DNA of 64,000 nucleotides from an uncultured Actinomycetes bacterium (GTDB lineage Bacteria; Actinomycetota; Actinomycetes; Streptosporangiales; Streptosporangiaceae): NCBI GenBank assembly GCA_963732345.1, contig CAVSZI010000013.1, positions 32,169 to 96,168 of the forward strand, read 5' to 3'. Shown piece by piece: positions 61,802 to 64,000 of this stretch (position 1 is its first letter; each line of letters starts with the position of its first letter). The notes under the pieces were generated by a model. It saw only the letters and a program-made list of their open reading frames with translations, ran no database searches and was not told where the DNA came from. The position numbers and the translations under genes were made by a program.

Positions 61802-62470
61802 ATGAGTGATCGCTTCACCGAGGAGTTGTGGCGGGGCGCCGCCGACATCTACGGCGCCATCCTTGCCCACCCATTCCTCGCCGGGCTCACCGACGGCAGC
61901 CTGGAGCAGGACGCGTTTGCTTTCTATGTGGTGCAGGACGCGTTGTACCTGCGGAACTATGCGCAGGCACTCGCGGAGGTAGCCACCCGGGCACCGGACA
62001 CCGCGGGAATCGAGATGTTCGCCCGCCACGCCGCCGACGTGATCGCCGTCGAGCGGACCCTGCACGACTCGTTGCTGGCCGACCTTGGCATCGATCCTGT
62101 GTCGGCGGCGGTAGCCGAGCCAGCGCCCGTCACACTCGCCTATACCAGCTACCTGCTCGCCACTGCCCGCGGCGGGTCCTACGCCGAAGGGGTCGGCGCC
62201 GTACTGCCGTGCTACTGGATCTACTGGGAGGTGGGCAAGGAACTACTGCGGCGCGGCTCACCCAACCCGCGCTACCGGCAATGGATCGTCACCTACGGCG
62301 CCGAGGAATACGGCGATATCGTCCGCGACGTCATCACCATCACCGATGGGCTGGGGCCCGGTCTCGCGCCGTCCGAGCGCGCGCTGATGCACCGGCACTT
62401 CCGCACAACCAGCCGGTACGAGTGGATGTTCTGGGACATGGGCTACCGCAAGGAGAGCTGGCCGCTGTGA
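61802..62470 (+). CDS. tenA: TenA-family thiaminase II / aminopyrimidine aminohydrolase
   Basis: Internal ATG after GGGAGG. HPFLAGLTDGSLEQDAFAFYVVQDALYLRNYAQAL...VLPCYWIYWEVGKEL...SRYEWMFWDM is the TenA/PqqC-fold signature. Confidence 0.8.
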   Translation: MSDRFTEELWRGAADIYGAILAHPFLAGLTDGSLEQDAFAFYVVQDALYLRNYAQALAEVATRAPDTAGIEMFARHAADVIAVERTLHDSLLADLGIDPVSAAVAEPAPVTLAYTSYLLATARGGSYAEGVGAVLPCYWIYWEVGKELLRRGSPNPRYRQWIVTYGAEEYGDIVRDVITITDGLGPGLAPSERALMHRHFRTTSRYEWMFWDMGYRKESWPL

Positions 62471-62558
62471 TACATCAGGACGGGTGAGCCAGGCCGTCAT
62501 GCCGTCCGCATGCCGGATACCGGGACGCCGTGCCAGGAACCGAATAGCCTTAGCTGCG

Positions 62559-63017
62559 ATGAACGCTACCGCGCCGCCCGCCGGGAACCTGTGCCTCGTT
62601 GTCGGGTATGACGGCTCACCTCCTGCCATCCAGGCGCTCGACGCCGCGGTCAGGCTGCTGCACGGCCGGACCGGCAGCATAGAGCTGGTATACGTCGCTC
62701 ACCTGCCCAGCATCGACATGCTGTCGCCAGGCGCCATCGCCGAAATGGAAGCCAGCTTCGACGATGTCGCGCGGGAGCTGCGCACCGCGGCCAGCGAGCA
62801 GCTGCGCGACCGCGAGGAGCGCTGGCGGTTCGAGCGGCGCCAGGGCCTGATCCCGGACGAGCTGATCGCCGCCGCCGCGGACATCCGCGACTCCCATCCC
62901 GGCGACAACGTGGTGATCGTGGTCGGGAGCTCATCGCATGCCATGCACCGAGTGGTCGGCTCGGTCGCCGTCAGCCTCGCCCGCCGCTCACCGGTGCCCC
63001 TCGTGGTCGTGCCTTAG
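62559..63017 (+). CDS. universal stress protein (UspA family)
   Basis: LVVGYDGSPPAIQALDAAVRLL...VVIVVGSSSHAMHRVVGSVAVSLARRSPVPLVVVP. Start ATG 62559 was chosen for a typical Usp length (the track ORF starts at GTG 62484). Confidence 0.65.
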   Translation: MNATAPPAGNLCLVVGYDGSPPAIQALDAAVRLLHGRTGSIELVYVAHLPSIDMLSPGAIAEMEASFDDVARELRTAASEQLRDREERWRFERRQGLIPDELIAAAADIRDSHPGDNVVIVVGSSSHAMHRVVGSVAVSLARRSPVPLVVVP

Positions 63018-63107
63018 GGCTCCCCGGATCCGGCTGCGCCCTGGTCAGCGCCGGCACGGACGGGCTCGGCCCCGCGTCGCTGCAGGGTGGCGGCCTAGGC
63101 TGGGGGC

Positions 63108-64000
63108 GTGAGCGAAAAGCTGCCCGCGGTGGCCAGGGCCCGGATGGCGGAGCTGCGGTCCAGCGGCACGTGGGGGTCCGTGCTGACCGCGGAGGAGTTC
63201 GCCGCCATCCGCAGCGTGGGCTTCGAACCCGTCGGCCAGGTGTTCGGCGCGGCCGTCTACAGCGCCGGGTCCGCCAGCGGGTATAGCTGCCCCGGGGCGC
63301 CGGGACCGTCCGGCGGCGGGTTGCCGCCCCGGTCGGCGGCCCAGGTGTCCGGGCGGGGCGGCGTGGGGTCGTTCGGCCCGCTCGTGCAGACCATGGACCA
63401 GGCGCGGCGCACGGCCGTCGGCCGGATGACCACCGAGTGCGCCGAGCTTGGCGGGCAGGGGGTGGTAGGCGTCCGGCTGTCCCGGGGGTCGTTCCCCCTC
63501 GGCGGGCCGCAGTTCACGGCCATCGGCACCGCGGTCCGCGCGCCGGGTGCCGCGCACGGGCCACCGGCGCCCTTCACCTGTGAGGTGTCGGGGCAGGATT
63601 TCGCCAAGCTGATCATGACGGGCTGGGTGCCTGCGGGGCTCGTGCTCGGCATCTCGATCGGGTCGCGGCACGATGACCGCAAGACCGCCCGCCAGGCGCG
63701 CTGGGGCTCGGGCAATGCCGAGGTCACCGGCTGGACCGAACTGGTCAGCCAGTCGCGGCGCGACGCCAGGCGCCAGCTGGAAAGTGACGTCAAACGGCTC
63801 GGCGCCGAGGGCGTGGTGATCGCCACGATGCAGATGCGGGTGCGCGAGCGGGACTGCCCGGTAACGGCCGGCCGCCGCGACCACATCGTGGAGGCAACCT
63901 TCATCGGCACCGCCGTGGCCAGGTTTTCCCGTGCCGGGCAGCGTCATGACGGTCCGGCCCTGCCCGTCATGACGCTCGGCCCGCAGCGGCGCCAGGCCGG
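63108..64000 (+). CDS. YbjQ/UPF0145-type (heavy-metal-binding-like) tandem-domain protein, partial (runs off right edge)
   Basis: Not in the track (no stop within the window). GTG 63108 opens a frame with no stop to base 64000. VSEKLPAVARARMAELRSSGTWGSVLTAEEFAAIRSVGFEPVGQVFGAAVYSAG...GVVGVRLS...FTAIGTAV...DFAKLIMTGWVPAGLVLGISIG...EATFIGTAV shows two YbjQ-like halves. Confidence 0.55.
   Translation, partial: MSEKLPAVARARMAELRSSGTWGSVLTAEEFAAIRSVGFEPVGQVFGAAVYSAGSASGYSCPGAPGPSGGGLPPRSAAQVSGRGGVGSFGPLVQTMDQARRTAVGRMTTECAELGGQGVVGVRLSRGSFPLGGPQFTAIGTAVRAPGAAHGPPAPFTCEVSGQDFAKLIMTGWVPAGLVLGISIGSRHDDRKTARQARWGSGNAEVTGWTELVSQSRRDARRQLESDVKRLGAEGVVIATMQMRVRERDCPVTAGRRDHIVEATFIGTAVARFSRAGQRHDGPALPVMTLGPQRRQA

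Overview
High-GC actinomycete-type DNA (Frankia/Streptomyces-like codon bias, frequent GTG/TTG starts, many ATGA/GTGA-coupled genes). It falls into four blocks. (1) 1-7.6 kb holds remnants of an integrated mobile element: an excisionase-type HTH gene, a palindromic divergent control region, a secreted transglycosylase-like protein, a frameshifted coiled-coil gene and a truncated ISAs1 transposase. A PadR/membrane-protein pair follows. (2) 7.9-34.8 kb is an accessory metabolic/regulatory island with conspicuous gene decay. It contains an internally deleted acyl-CoA synthetase, a PaaI thioesterase, an ATP-grasp ligase, an APC permease, a C45 Ntn-hydrolase and a gutted APC-type transporter gene. 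Two paralogous AcuC-type deacetylase genes (the second frameshifted) bracket a PhaZ-like hydrolase and a flavin monooxygenase. The block also holds a carboxyethylornithine-synthase-like dehydrogenase, methyltransferases, an RsbU/RsbW/RsbV-type partner-switching module, DUF2332, a polysaccharide deacetylase and a triple-GT2 glycosyltransferase. (3) 35.1-59.4 kb is the main feature, a complete phage-tail-like contractile injection system (CIS/eCIS). Its genes are sheath, tube, tape-measure-position protein, DUF4255 cap, AAA+ ATPase, tube initiator, LysM-like, gpD hub, spike, gp25, two Baseplate_J proteins, a gpI-like protein and a DUF6519/beta-helix protein ending in an FHA domain. The PAAR-like DUF4280 tip gene is detached and co-transcribed with a TTA-containing SARP regulator on the opposite strand. 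There are no capsid, terminase or lysis genes and no recognisable toxin. (4) 60-64 kb holds DUF2252, TenA, Usp and a partial YbjQ-type gene. I found no rRNA, tRNA or CRISPR array; all long tandem arrays are in-frame coding repeats. All family assignments come from motif recognition by eye, not from database searches.
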